In this document: positions 50,101 through 62,344 of the stretch, piece by piece | How positions within the stretch are numbered: position 1 is the stretch's first letter | Layout of the letters: each line of letters begins with the position of its first letter | From: Macrostomum lignano | Lineage: Eukaryota | Reading direction: 5' to 3' | Length of the DNA stretch: 64,000 nt | NCBI GenBank assembly: GCA_002269645.1 | Contig: NIVC01001200.1 | Coordinates: 62,001 to 126,000, forward strand | Made by a program: the position numbers and the translations under genes | Notes under the pieces: generated by a model | Told to the model about the DNA's origin: nothing | What the model saw: only the letters and a program-made list of their open reading frames with translations | The model's database searches: none

Positions 50101-53100
50101 CCATCTCCCCTCTACTCCCATCTCCCCTCTGCTCCCATCTCCCCTCTGCTCCCATCTCCCCTCTGCTCCCATCTCCCCTCTACTCCCATCTCCCCTCTGC
50201 TCTGCTCCCATCTCCCCTCTACTCCCATCTCCCCTCTGCTCCCATCTCCCCTCTGCTCCCATCTCCCCTCTGCTCCCATCTCCCCTCTACTCCCATCTCC
50301 CCTCTGCTCCCATCTCCCCTCTGCTCCCATCTCCCCTCTACTCCCATCTCCCCTCTGCTCCCATCTCCCATCTCCCTCTACTCACATCTCCCCTCTACTC
50401 CCATCTCCCCTCTACTCCCATCTCCCCTCTACTCTCATCTCCCTCTACTCCCATCTCCCCTCTACTCCCATCTCCCCTCTACTCCCATCTCCCTCTACTC
50501 CCATCTCCCATCTCCCTCTACTCCCATCTCCCCTCTACTCCCATCTCCCCTCTACTCCCATCTCCCATCTCCCTCTACTCACATCTCCCCTCTACTCACA
50601 TCTCCCCTCTACTCCCATCTCCCGTCTACTCCCATCTCCCCTCTACTCCCATCTCCCCTCTACTCTCATCTCCCTCTACTCCCATCTCCCCTCTACTCCC
50701 ATCTCCCCACTACTCCCATCTTTCCTCTACTCCCATCTCCCCACTACTCCCATCTCCTATCTACTCCCAACCACTCTACTCCAATCTATCCCCTGATCTC
50801 ATCTCCTTTCATCTCGACCCCGAGCCAGTCTCTCAAAGCCAGATCCCCGCTCCCGAACCTGGAATCCCGCAGGCAGTACGCTGTTCTCCTGCGGCGGCGG
50901 CGACATGCCCATCAGGCTGGTCGGCGAGCTGCCCGCCGACAGCTTCAACGCCAGCTCCGTGTACGCGCACTTCAACCCGGAGGGTGTCAAGTGAGCTCTC
51001 TGACCCGTGTTTTGGTTGAGCATTTTGAGTGCAAGAAATCACTGCGAATCTTCTGAAATTCCTACCTTCCAGGGTGACCAAAACCCAGAGCGAGATGGGC
51101 TGGTGCCCCGGTCACCAGCTGAAGCAGAACCGGCTGGACGAGTGGATCTCCGTGCGCTTCTCGGCAGTTAAAATCTTCAACACCCTGCTGACTCAGCCAA
51201 GGCTGCACCGGTCCATTGAGCTGGTGAGTTCTCGGGAGCTGAGGCGACTTCAAGACTGAACTCAGTCTGGTCTCAGTCTATTCTCGGCGTTTAGTCTCAG
51301 TCTATTCTCGATCTATTCTCAGTCTATTCTCGATCTATTCTCAGTCTATTCTCAGTCTATTTTCAGTCTATTCTCAGTCTATTCTCGATCTATTTTCAGT
51401 CTATTCTCAGTCTATTCTCGATCTATTCTCAGTCTGTTCTCGATCTATTCTCAGCCTATTCTCGATCTATTCTCAGCCTATTCTCGATCTATTCTCAGTC
51501 TATTCTAAGTATATTCTCGATCTATTTTCAATCTATTCTGAGTCGATTCTCAGTCGATTCTCAGTCTATTCTCAGTCTATCCTCAATCTATTCTCAATCT
51601 ATTCTCAGTCTGTTTTAGTCTATTCCCAAAGCCATTTTTATATTGTGCACGCATATCAAGCAACTTCCCCAACCCAGCTTACAAATCCCCGTTTCCGTCT
51701 CCCCCTGCTTGCCTCCGCAGTGCAAGAGTTGGGCAAGAACAGATTACCCAAATCTCTCTCGAATATTAGTGACTCAAATTGAGGCCATCAGAATCGAGTT
51801 AGGGCAGCCAAGAAGCGGCTGATTCGTGTGGCTCATTCAGAAACAGCCGATTTGGCAGCAGATTAACCGACTGCCGCCCGTGTGTTTGCGCTGGCCTGAG
51901 CTGCCTGACCTTTGGCCCCCTCCCCCCGGCTGGGATAAAAACTTCAGCTGGGCACCGCCGGGCCGCAGCCCCCCCCCAACCCGAATTCCCACGAGGGATT
52001 TTTTGTTGGCAAAGCTGCGTTGCGTGGGGGGACCCGTCAAACAGCGGGCCAAATCGCCTGCATCCCCGAGTGGCTGCAGGTCATGTTTGCAGGTAGAAGT
52101 GGCTGCCCACCCCCCCCCCCTCCAGCTGCAGTGACAGCTTCGGGCACTTAATTTGCTATTCCCCGAGAATCCTCTAACTGATGCAGTTGCTGGGCGGCCT
52201 GACGGAGCTGGGCTTGTCAAGCACAGAGACTGTAGAATAAGGCTTGGCCTTTGCAAGCTCTTCGTTATACTCAGCAGCAGCAGCAGCAGCTGTTCTCTCC
52301 CATGTCCAGCTTCTATGCCGCATCTTCGGCCTTTTAGGCTCCATAGTTTCCTTTTTGACCAATTTGCTTGCGTCATACTGGCTGAGGCGGCAGCTGTCAC
52401 CCCGGAGCTTTCATTGCTGATTAGGGCTGTGAAAGAGAGACTAAATAGAGACTATGTAGGGTTGCCGGGCGGTAACTGGGCTAAAAATTAATAGTGTCTG
52501 CTTTTTCAGGGCCTCCACAAGCTCGTATATTAGTAGAAGAAGAAAGCAGATCAGAGAACATGCCTTGTGACAGATGGAGCTCGAGAGGGGGAGATGGAGA
52601 GATAGGAGATGCATTATAGCCAAAATAGTGGTTTTGAGAAATTGGCAAATGAAATAGATATTTTGATAAAATTATAAATAGATAGCTTATAGATTGAAAG
52701 GGAAAATGAGGGAAAGTAATATGACAGAGATTAAACGTTAAACGGAGACTGGCAGAGAGGGTGAGAGACTGGCAGAGAGGGTGAGAGACTGGCAGAGAGG
52801 GTGAGAGACCGGCAGAGAGGGTGAGAGACTGGCAGAGAGGTTCGAGAGACTGGCAGAGAGGTTGAGAGAGACTGGCAGAGAGGTTGAGAGACTGGCAGAG
52901 AGGTTGAGAGACTGGCAGAGAGGTAGAGAGACTGGCTGAGAGGTTGAGAGACTGGCTGAGAGGGTGAGAGACTGGCAGAGAGGGTGAGAGACTGGCAGAG
53001 AGGGTGAGAGACCGGCAGAGAGGGTGAGAGACCGGCAGAGAGGGTGAGAGACTGGCAGAGAGGTTCGAGAGACTGGCAGAGAGGTTGAGAGAGACTGGCA

Positions 53101-56100
53101 GAGAGGTTGAGAGACTGGCAGAGAGGTTGAGAGACTGGCAGAGAGGTAGAGAGACTGGCTGAGAGGTTGAGAGACTGGCAGAGAGGGTGAGAGACTGGCA
53201 GAGAGGGTGAGAGACCGGCAGAGAGGGTGAGAGACTGGCAGAGAGGTTCGAGAGACTGGCAGAGAGGTTGAGAGAGACTGGCAGAGAGGTTGAGAGACTG
53301 GCAGAGAGGTTGAGAGACTGGCAGAGAGGTAGAGAGACTGGCTGAGAGGTTGAGAGACTGGCAGAGAGGGTGAGAGACTGGCAGAGAGGGTGAGAGACTG
53401 GCAGAGAGGTTGAGAGACTGGCAGAGAGGGTGAGAGACTGGCAGAGAGGGTGAGAGACTGGCAGAGAGGGTGAGAGACTGGCAGAGAGGTTGTGAGAGAC
53501 TGGCAGAGAGGGTGAGAGACTGGCAGAGATGAAGAGATGAGGGGGCAGTTGATGGCGGGGTGGTGCCGGCGCCAGGCGGTCCAGCGCCTCCCAGCGTGGC
53601 TGACATTTGGACGCAGCCCCATCGCAGTTATTAATAAAAAACTGATGATACCGCGATATGGCCAAGGCAGCCCAGCCTCGCAGCCAAGCAAGCGGTGGCT
53701 TCTATACGCAATTTTATAATGCGGATGTAAAAATTTTTTTATTAAGTTGCGTTGTTAAATTTTTGAGACTCACGGATGGATCGGTCAGATGGATCAGAAG
53801 CTGCTGAGCAGAGACGGGCCACGTGTCTCCATGACGGCGCAGGGCTTGCCTGTGGGAGTCCTGGTTGAGATTCATCACTGATAACAGGTCTTCTGTAGCA
53901 TTGCTCAATAAAATATTCACGTGCCATTTCGACAGGTGAATCGGTGGAATAAATTTTTTGGGCTTGATTGAGTGCTTCTGTGCAGTTCAGGGACTCCCAG
54001 GACCCTGGACTGGAAGCGAGGTCGGGAAAGCCCAACCCTTACTGCAGGGGTCGGAAACTTTTTTACCTCAAGGGCCAGATCAGAATCTAGCTTCTAGAAC
54101 ATCGCTGCGGGCCAGATGAGAGAGGAAGAGGGAATAGAGTAGAGAGAATAGGAAAGAGGAGAGGAGAGGAGAGGAGAGATGAGAGGTGGGAGGCGAGATG
54201 AGAGATGCGATGCGAGAATATAAGGGAAGAGGAGAGAGGAGAGGAGAGAGGGGAGACAAGAGGGGAGAGAGGAGAGACCTGAGAAGGGAGCTGAGAAGAC
54301 ACAAACCTTGAGTGGGTCGGATTGCTATTATGAAGTTTCAAAGAACCCGAGGGCGGCTGGCGGGTCGTAGTTTGCCTACCCAGTCTTACTGCAATATCTT
54401 ACCAGTTTATTAGATATTTCCAGGCATTCAAGTATTTAAAAAAATAAGAGAGACTTTCAAATCTATTGAAAAACGTCCCCGATCGCTGACAAAAAAGAAA
54501 ACTCAAGCCCAGCTCCGGTTGTCTGCATAAATTCCAAAAATAGATCAATGAAAAAAACTGTGAAGTTGTATAGTGGACTAGCGGATCTCCCCCCCCCCCG
54601 CGGGTGCTGGGTTCCGCAATCGCCGGCAAAAAGCAAATTGGGTCGGAGGCGATGCCAGGTGTTGGGGCGCCAGCTGTGAATTCGCACCTTGGCCAAAGAA
54701 AAAAACATTCCCCCGATCTGGAACAAAGATTCAGCAGGCGGTCTTTGTCTTAGGCTGGATCTAAGATTCTTTATCGCGAGCTTCGGAATGTGAGAAACAA
54801 CAGTTTTGACATCCAACGTGGGAAACTGATGACCGTTGTTGCAAAATTTAGCGTCAACAAAAGATGAAAATCAAAGACTATACCATATATTTTTACGAGC
54901 GTTTAAAATTACCATATAAATAAAATCAAATTACCTCCGCAATCTTCAGGGCGAGTTCACCAAGAAGCTGGTCATTCAGTACAAGCGGTCCGAGTCCGAG
55001 CCTTACAAAAACTACAGCCTAATCACCTTTCAGGACGGCAGGTGGCGCTCGAACTTGGTGAGCTTTATTAGCACTAATGACACTCCAGTACCTCTACTGA
55101 CACTCTGTAGTACTTCTACTGACACTCCAGTGCTTCTACTGACACTCCAGTACCTCTTCTGACACTCCGGTACCTCCACTGACACTCCAGTACCTCTACT
55201 GACACTCCAGTACCTCCACTGACACTCCAGTACCTCTACTGACACTCTGTAGTACTTCTACTGACACTCCAGTACCTCTTCTGACACTCCGGTACCTCCA
55301 CTGACACTCCAGTACCTCTACTGACACTCCAGTACCTCAAATGACACTCCAATACCTTTACTGACACTCCAGTACCTCAAATGACACTCCAATACCTCCA
55401 CTGACACTCCAGTACCTCAAATGATACTCCAATACCTCCACTGACACTCCAGTACCTCAAATGACACTCCAATACCTCCACTGACACTCCAGTACCTCTT
55501 CTGACACCCAGTACCTCAAATGACACTCCAATACCTCTACTGATACTTCAGTACCTCTACTGACACTCCAGTATCTCTACTGACACTCCAGTACCTCTGC
55601 TGACACTCCGGTACCTACTGACACCTCTGTACCTACTCTGTCAGCACAGCCCCCATCAACACAAACGCAGCAAATCTTGGCTCAAAAAACACGTCAAGAA
55701 TAGTAGTAAATGAAAAAATAGAGAATAATACTCCAGGTGTAAGCACAGCAGGGGGGACCCTAAGCCAGAGTTCGCCTGCTTTCTTCTGTTAACCCCCTCT
55801 CGGAAGGAGCAATAAATAATGCCAGGACTCACCCGGATCCGTTGGCTGAGCTAAAAAAGCAATTGTTTGACAGCCTCCCCCTGGGGTCTTGCTGCTTGGC
55901 GTTCCCCCGTCCACTTCTCCCTTCTGAGCCTGGTCATTGTGACGTAACCGCAGCTTTTTTCCGTGTCCGAAATCTCCCGAGGAAGAGAGAGAGAGAGAAG
56001 AGAGAGAGGAAGAGGTGCCCGAAGTGGGACAATTTTCCCAGGTCCACGGGTTTCGCTTGCGCCTCCTGTCCCACCGCTCGCCTGAGCTCCGAGTCCGCCC

Positions 56101-57847
56101 TGACGGACTATCTCCTCGCCTGTCCTCGCCTGTCCTTCTTATCAGCAACCGGCGGGCCCGGAACCCCAGAGGAAGTTGCTCCCCCATTTCCTACCCGCTT
56201 CCCCCAACCCTGGGATCATAAAACCTGGGCTCAGGGGGCTGGCTGTAACTTGGGAAAAATTGCCAGTTTTTAAAGCCAGCCCCCTCTCATACACGCTGGA
56301 ATTGTCGTAAAATTGCTTCTGTGCGGCCCTGAAATGATTATGAAGCACCGCCCCCCCCTCAACTCCCTGCCAATAGTCTGGGCTGTTTTATTGACAAAAA
56401 CTGGGAACAAGTATTGGCACAGCTGAACTAAATACGGTACAGTGCGTGAATTTACTTTGGCTGCAATCTGAGAATTTGAAACTGAATTTTTTACAACTTC
56501 ACTTGCTAAAATTTACTTATATTGACTTGTTAGGTCATATAGATTTATGAATTTCTGTCTGTCCGAGAGTCTAGAGAACCCTTCCTAGAGTCTAGGGATT
56601 CTGTCCGAGAGTCTAGAGAACCTTTCCAAGAGTCTAGAGAACCTGTCCGAGAGTCTAGAGAACCTTTCCAAGAGTCTAGAGAACCTGTCCGAGAGTCTAG
56701 AGATTTTTTCTCAGATTCTAGGTATTCCGTCCAAAGTCTAGAGAATATGTCGGAGATTCTACTCGTAAGATCTTGTCTGAGAGTCTGGAAAACCTGTCCG
56801 AGAATTGGAATTCTTTGCAAGATTCTGGGGATTCCGTCCAAGATTCCATAGATTGTGTCCGAATGTCTAGGATTCTGTCCGAAAGTCTAAGGATTCTGTC
56901 CGAAAGTCTAAGGATTCTGTCCGAAAGTCTAGGGATTCTGTCCGAAAGTTTAGGGATTCTGTCCGAAAGTCTAGGGATTCTGTCCGAAAGTCTAGGGATT
57001 CTGTCCGAGATTATAGAGATCTGTCCGAGAGTGTGAGAACCCGTCCGAGATCTAAGCACCTTCCAAAGAGTCTGGATGTGCAATGGAGATTCTAGAAACT
57101 AATCCAAGACACTCTCTGCACGATCAAGAAGCATATTTATAAGTCCAAAATAGGCCTTCATATTTCTCTCGATCGCTCCTCACCCGCAGCTGATCAAGGG
57201 CAACGGGGACCTCAAGGACAAGCGCAACTACGTGAGTCTCCGGCCGCCGCTCATCGCCGACCGGGTCCGCGTCTTCCCGGTGAACCCGGACCCCAACGAG
57301 ATGAACGTCTGCCTGAAGTTCGAGCTGTTCGGCTGCCCCAGGTATCAGGGCGTGCTGTCCTACTCTGCCCCGGTGGGCCATGGCGAGTTCTCCGACAAGT
57401 TCTACGACGGCAGAATCGGCGCGGACGGCCGCATGACCGGCGGGCTCGGCCAGCTGACGGACTACATCAGCGCCCAGACGGTCGACGACGACGCCAACTC
57501 GCTGTTCGTCGGCTGGAACGCCAGCCGGTTGACCGCCGGTCGATTCGTCGACCTGGAGTTCGAGTTCGACCAGGTGCGCCTCTTCAACAAGCTGACCATC
57601 GACGTCAGCAACGACTTCCTCGGCCAGAACGCGCGGCTGTTCAGCCTGGTGAACGTCAGCTTCAGCGTGGGCGGCCGCCACTTCAACAAGTGGCTGTCGA
57701 CCCGGATGCGGCGGAGCCCGGAGGCGAGCCCGGTGCAGCGGGTGCAGGTGATGCTGCAGAAACACGTCGGCCAGTTTGTGAGGCTGCGGCTTCACTTCGA
57801 CGCCGACAGCAGGTGGATGCTGCTGTCGGAGGTGCAGTTCGATTCCA
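43504..57847 (+). CDS. Discoidin domain receptor-like protein, extracellular part; exons 43504-43573, 50873-50990, 51073-51223, 54950-55057, 57190-57847; 3' part not found in window
   Basis: Signal peptide [23 protein letters not shown]; discoidin motifs [32 protein letters not shown]; DS-like domain [42 protein letters not shown]; all junction phases consistent. Confidence 0.88.
43846..44222. repeat. (TGTC)n microsatellite
   Basis: Seen directly. Confidence 0.95.
44890..45085. repeat. 32-33 bp minisatellite containing TTGCCCACCCCTG
   Basis: About 6 copies. Confidence 0.9.
45650..46105. repeat. 22 bp pyrimidine-rich minisatellite (TTCCAGCTTCCCTCCCTTCATC)
   Basis: About 20 copies. Confidence 0.9.
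49868..50790. repeat. 17 bp pyrimidine-rich minisatellite (CTCCCATCTCCCCTCTG/A)
   Basis: About 50 copies upstream of DDR exon 2. Confidence 0.95.
51270..51625. repeat. 11 bp minisatellite (TCTATTCTCAG)
   Basis: About 30 copies. Confidence 0.9.
52748..53530. repeat. 20 bp purine-rich minisatellite (GAGACTGGCAGAGAGGGTGA)
   Basis: About 38 copies. Confidence 0.95.
54045..54383. mobile_element. hAT-type MITE with internal GA-rich expansion
   Basis: Ends CAGGGGTCGGAAAC...GGGTCGTAGTTTGCCTACCCAG resemble hAT (Charlie/MER-type) MITE ends; 8-bp flanks CCTTACTG (54037-54044) and TCTTACTG (54384-54391) match 7/8. Confidence 0.65.
55075..55630. repeat. 20 bp minisatellite (CTGACACTCCAGTACCTCTA)
   Basis: About 27 copies. 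Confidence 0.95.
56550..57060. repeat. 21 bp minisatellite (CTAGGGATTCTGTCCGAAAGT), partly degenerate
   Basis: Seen directly. Confidence 0.85.
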
Positions 57848-59290
57848 GTGAGTATTTTTCGACTCAGCATGTTTTTACTCATAGCCTTGGCCCCGAGTCC
57901 CGGGAGATCCTGTGACACAGTCCTGAGTCACAGTGTGTTCACACATGTTCACAAACACACAGGCCCGAACCCCTGCGTATTATCTATCTGATATGGCTTT
58001 TGGCAGAACAGAATCGCACTAGTGCCGATTCCAGTTGCGCGGAGGCAACATGCAGCGTGTGCAGCCAGCCACTTGTTCGTCTTCTTGAAGAGAAATATGA
58101 AAATCAAGAAGACAAGTTTAGCTGGGTGCGGAGCTTCTGTCCTGGGAATCAATGCTTGGAAGGGGGGGTCACGGCAGTTCCTGCGGCAACGAATGTCTCT
58201 GTCAGTTGGGGTCCGGTTTCAGGCCAGACATGGGAGACGGGAGGGGAGGGGCCGATCTCGGCGGATTGAATTTCTTTTCTAATCGAAGCGACGCCCCGAG
58301 GGCAGCTGGTGCCGCTGCCGTGCTGCGGCGCTGTCCGCTAGCAGTTTCCAAATCCCCCTGATTGCCGGAAACTTTGCCGCGGTTATCGGGGATCGGGATG
58401 ATGAAAGCCCGCCCAGACCAACACAGTTCCTATTAAAGCTGCAATTGGGGCTCAAGATTCTTCAAAGGGGGTCGCTCAGCAGCGCCCCCCCCCGAGGCGC
58501 CGTGCTTTATCGGGCCTATCTCCGCATCTCGGTATGGAAGCTGGAGGATGAAGCATCTGCAACATTTGCTTCTGCGTTGCTTGTCAGGACAAACTTTTCT
58601 GTTCTGGACGCGCCTGCTTTCGGAGGCTCATTGAGCTGCATTCTTATCGCCGCAAGCCCTGATGAACTTCATTCTTGCACGCCTGTCCCGCGACCTCCCC
58701 TCTTTGCTATTCAAGTCACGGCGCGCAGCCCGGAGCTCAAGATAGTGCGCGGAATTCTCGCAATCTGCACCTCCACAAAACATCCCAAGAGACTTTGCGA
58801 GGGAAGTTCATACAAAATTGAGCTCATGGCTTCAGTCTCGATGGCGAGTCAATGGAGTGAGACCTTGACTTTCCAAATCCATTCCAAATGAGAAGCATCA
58901 GATGCGGTGGGCCGAAAGTTTTCTAGACATGCCACCACCACCGAGCTTGGAGGGCGGGACTGGAAATTCGAAAAGTGTCTGGAAATCGGGACACAATAAA
59001 AACTTGTGCAGTAAAAAGCAGCCTCGCGCCCCGGTGGTTCAGATTCCGCCGAAGTTCGGTACTTCCATCCGACCCGCAAGGTTGAACTGGGGTGTGAAAC
59101 TGCCTGACGGCTGGTCTACCTCAAGGCCTGCTTCAGCTCATAGGCATATTCCCACAATTCTCTGTCACTGCACCAAGCTTGTTATGACGTCCAACCAATT
59201 GCTTTCTCAGGGACTGACTGCATTGGTGGTTCAAGTTTGCCTTCGCGTGTTGGAAAATATTAACTTTGCTAATGCTACTACGTTTGGTTA

Positions 59291-59800
59291 GCCAAGTCTG
59301 TACACTGAGTCTATGGCCAAGTCTGTACACTGAGTCTATGGCCAAGTCTGTACACTGAGTCTATAGCCAAGTCTGTACACTGAGTCTATGGCCAAGTCTG
59401 TACACTGAGTCTATGGCCAAGTCTGTACACTGAGTCTATAGCCAAGTCTGTACACTGAGTCTATAGCCAAGTCTGTACACTGAGTCTATAGCCCTGTCTG
59501 TACACTGAGTCTATAGCCATGTCTGTAAACTGAGTCTATAGCCTTGTCTTTGCACTGAGTCTATAGCCAAGTGTGTACACTGAATCTATAGCCCTGTCTG
59601 TACACTGAGTCTATGGCCAATACTGTACACTGAGTCTATGGCCAATACTGTACACTGAGTCTATAGCCATGTCTGTACACTGAGTCTATAGCCAATACTG
59701 TACACTGAGTCTATGGCCAATACTGTACACTGAGTCTATAGCCATGTCTGTACACTGAGTCTATAGCCATGTCTGTACACTGAGTCTATAGCCATGTCTG
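59291..59800. repeat. 25 bp minisatellite (GCCAAGTCTGTACACTGAGTCTATG/A)
   Basis: About 20 copies. Confidence 0.95.
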
Positions 59801-62344
59801 TACAGTGCAGGTGTATCATTTTATCAAGCATGACAGACACTGTTTACTCCATTGTCATTACATCTGGGATAGTCTATCAGCTTCTCCAATCATTACCTGA
59901 GATCCCATGGGGTCAAGGATTGATTCGGTCAACCCGAAGCTGAGGTCCACCGCGGGGTCACCCGACTCGAGGCCGAGTTCAGCCCAGCTCTACCTGACCT
60001 TCTCACCTGCAAGATGAGGACTCACAATCAAGCATGCAGGCGCAGCCGAGCAAAACAATTTTTCGATCAAAAATATGAAAGAAGAAATCGAGTTTGAAGG
60101 ACTTGGAGAGGCTGCAGGACGGATTGAATTCCCATTCCGCATCAGCCGTCCTTCATCGGCTCACCTGTGGAGCAGGCAGCTGGAATTGAGAACAGAGGAG
60201 GGAGGCAAAAATCAATTCTTCCTTTCAGGTCGGGGTGACTCACAATCGCTGAGGAACCTCTGTTTCTTCCTCCTCTCCTCACCTGGCTGCACAGTCCTGT
60301 AGTCACAGTCCTGTCACAGTCCGCCCCAAAACTGCTGCTCCCAGCTCCCATCATAAAGGGAAGCCTTTATTATTTATTCCATCTTTTGCAACAAGTGGCC
60401 CGTGAAATCCGAGCCTCCCAAAGCTTCGTTCAATGAGCAAGAGTCGGCGGGCGGGTCATGGAGTTTCTGACCAAGGTATCTGGATAGGAAACCAGCTTTT
60501 GAAGCCGCTTTCTGAACGAAAGCAAAAAGCTCGTAATCATGAAGTCTTTTGTTGAAATTGTTATCGTGGCCTCAGCAGGTACAAAATTTGTTGTCAGGTG
60601 GGGACAAAAGTGCCAGAGCACAGATACTGAGGGAGGGGGCAGCCGACTCCCTGGTCCCTGAAGTCTTCTGGATGGCTGCCTACTGTAGTTAAGCTGTGAA
60701 TCGTTAATTTCAGATTAAATTTTCTGAAATCTATCGCATATATACCTACCGACAGACAACTCATTTTTAGTATATAGGATAAACTATTCGCGGTTGTTCC
60801 TGAGCCCTTCATCTTCAATTCGGACACTGCGTCCGAGATCTCCATGGACAGCTGTAGAGAGAGGCCAGCCGGACCAGAAAACACAATTTACAGAACAGCC
60901 AATCGGTGGATGGGGAACCTGCCTGCCTGCCTGCCAGTTGGCATTCGGGGGGGGGGGCTCGCTGTCTCAATATTCTCTGGTATGCGTCCAGCCTCCCAAC
61001 ATCTACATCTCTCCCTCCCTCCCGTATCCACTGCGCTGCGGGTCTATTAAGAAACCGTGGGGACAAAAAGAAAACTTCTGCCAACAACAACTGGCCCTCC
61101 GATTCTCCGAAAGCCCTCATATTCTCCAGGATAAACAAAGGGAGTCTTCGGGAGGATTCCGAGGGGTCAGCGATGCGTCAGCGACTTTCATGTTCCAAGT
61201 GACCCGGCTGGCAGCAGTGACGCTTATTTTCTGACGTCTCTGCCATGCATAGTAATTTTGCCTGATGGTGAAAATAGGAAATATCCCAGATCCCAATTCG
61301 AAAGGCAGCTTCTGGGATTAAAAACGCTGACTCTATGAGTTATACTATGAGTTCTGCTATTGTCGATTCCCGGCACCCTTGCGGAGACGCACTACAAGTG
61401 GGCACTTCAGAGACAATTCTTGGGCAAAATTTCTGATAGAAGGATTCTCAGGGCCAGAATAGCCGGCTCTTGTCCGGCCCTTATCTGGCATTATCTCGAT
61501 AATCTTATCTTATCGGAGATATAGCGAAGGCACCACTAAAACTCTGCCGCATACTCCCGCAATGGTCCCTGACTGAGCTCAATTTCAGCCAATGGTCAAA
61601 ATTGTAAAACTGTTTAGCCAGAGTTTTACGAGCCCCCCCCCCCCTCCTCCCGTCCATGTCAGCCTCGGAGGCGTCAGCGAGCTTGCGTGGTGTCTGTCGG
61701 CTCCCCTTTGAAGTTCCAGTAGCAGCGCTGCTCTACAATCCGCTTGCACCGGAAGCTCGCGCTTCCGTCAAACAGGCGCGCTGACCCCGACTCTGTCCCC
61801 GGTTCAGTTCGAATTTCACACTTCCAAAACACCCGGAAAGTATTCTGGCTATGATGACCTCTGGGCCTTCAATAATACCCCCCCCCTGCCCTCTTCCCTT
61901 TAGCCTTCCACGCAGCAATTCCTCAGCTCCGCATCAAAGCGAATTTAATCTCGTTGCCCAGCATCCATGCTTCATCTGCTTGGCCAGAGACCGAACTCAG
62001 AGTTGGCCTGTTGTTGGTTGACTCGCACGAGGGCTCTCGGCCTGTCAGGCGCCCTGGTCCTGGCCGGGATAGGGGCTGGATGGGCGAGAGGGCGAGAGGG
62101 CGAGAGTGGCAGCTGAGAGATGAGGGAGCGTTTTTTTCATCGTCTGACAGAGACGAGAGGCGGCGGAGCCGGGCAGATAAGAGCGACGAGCCGGCCGTGT
62201 CCTCGTCGGGCCGGAGTAGTTTCTGGGCCTCCGGGCCACTCTGGCTGCACTTTGGGCTCCGATTTAAATTTATGAGATCGATGGAGCTGGTAAATGACTG
62301 CGCGCCGTTGAATGAATGACTCCAAAAGAGGGGGGGGGGGGGCA

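Noticed and set aside
36020-53691. Long low-complexity ORFs (SQSV, KPKN, LKRQD, ATTVPQQ, CLSV, PLCQSL)
   Set aside because: All coincide with tandem arrays and are open in several frames.
58445-61234. Additional DDR exons or a nested gene
   Set aside because: Short ORFs lack recognisable domains, coding-like codon bias and compatible splice sites.
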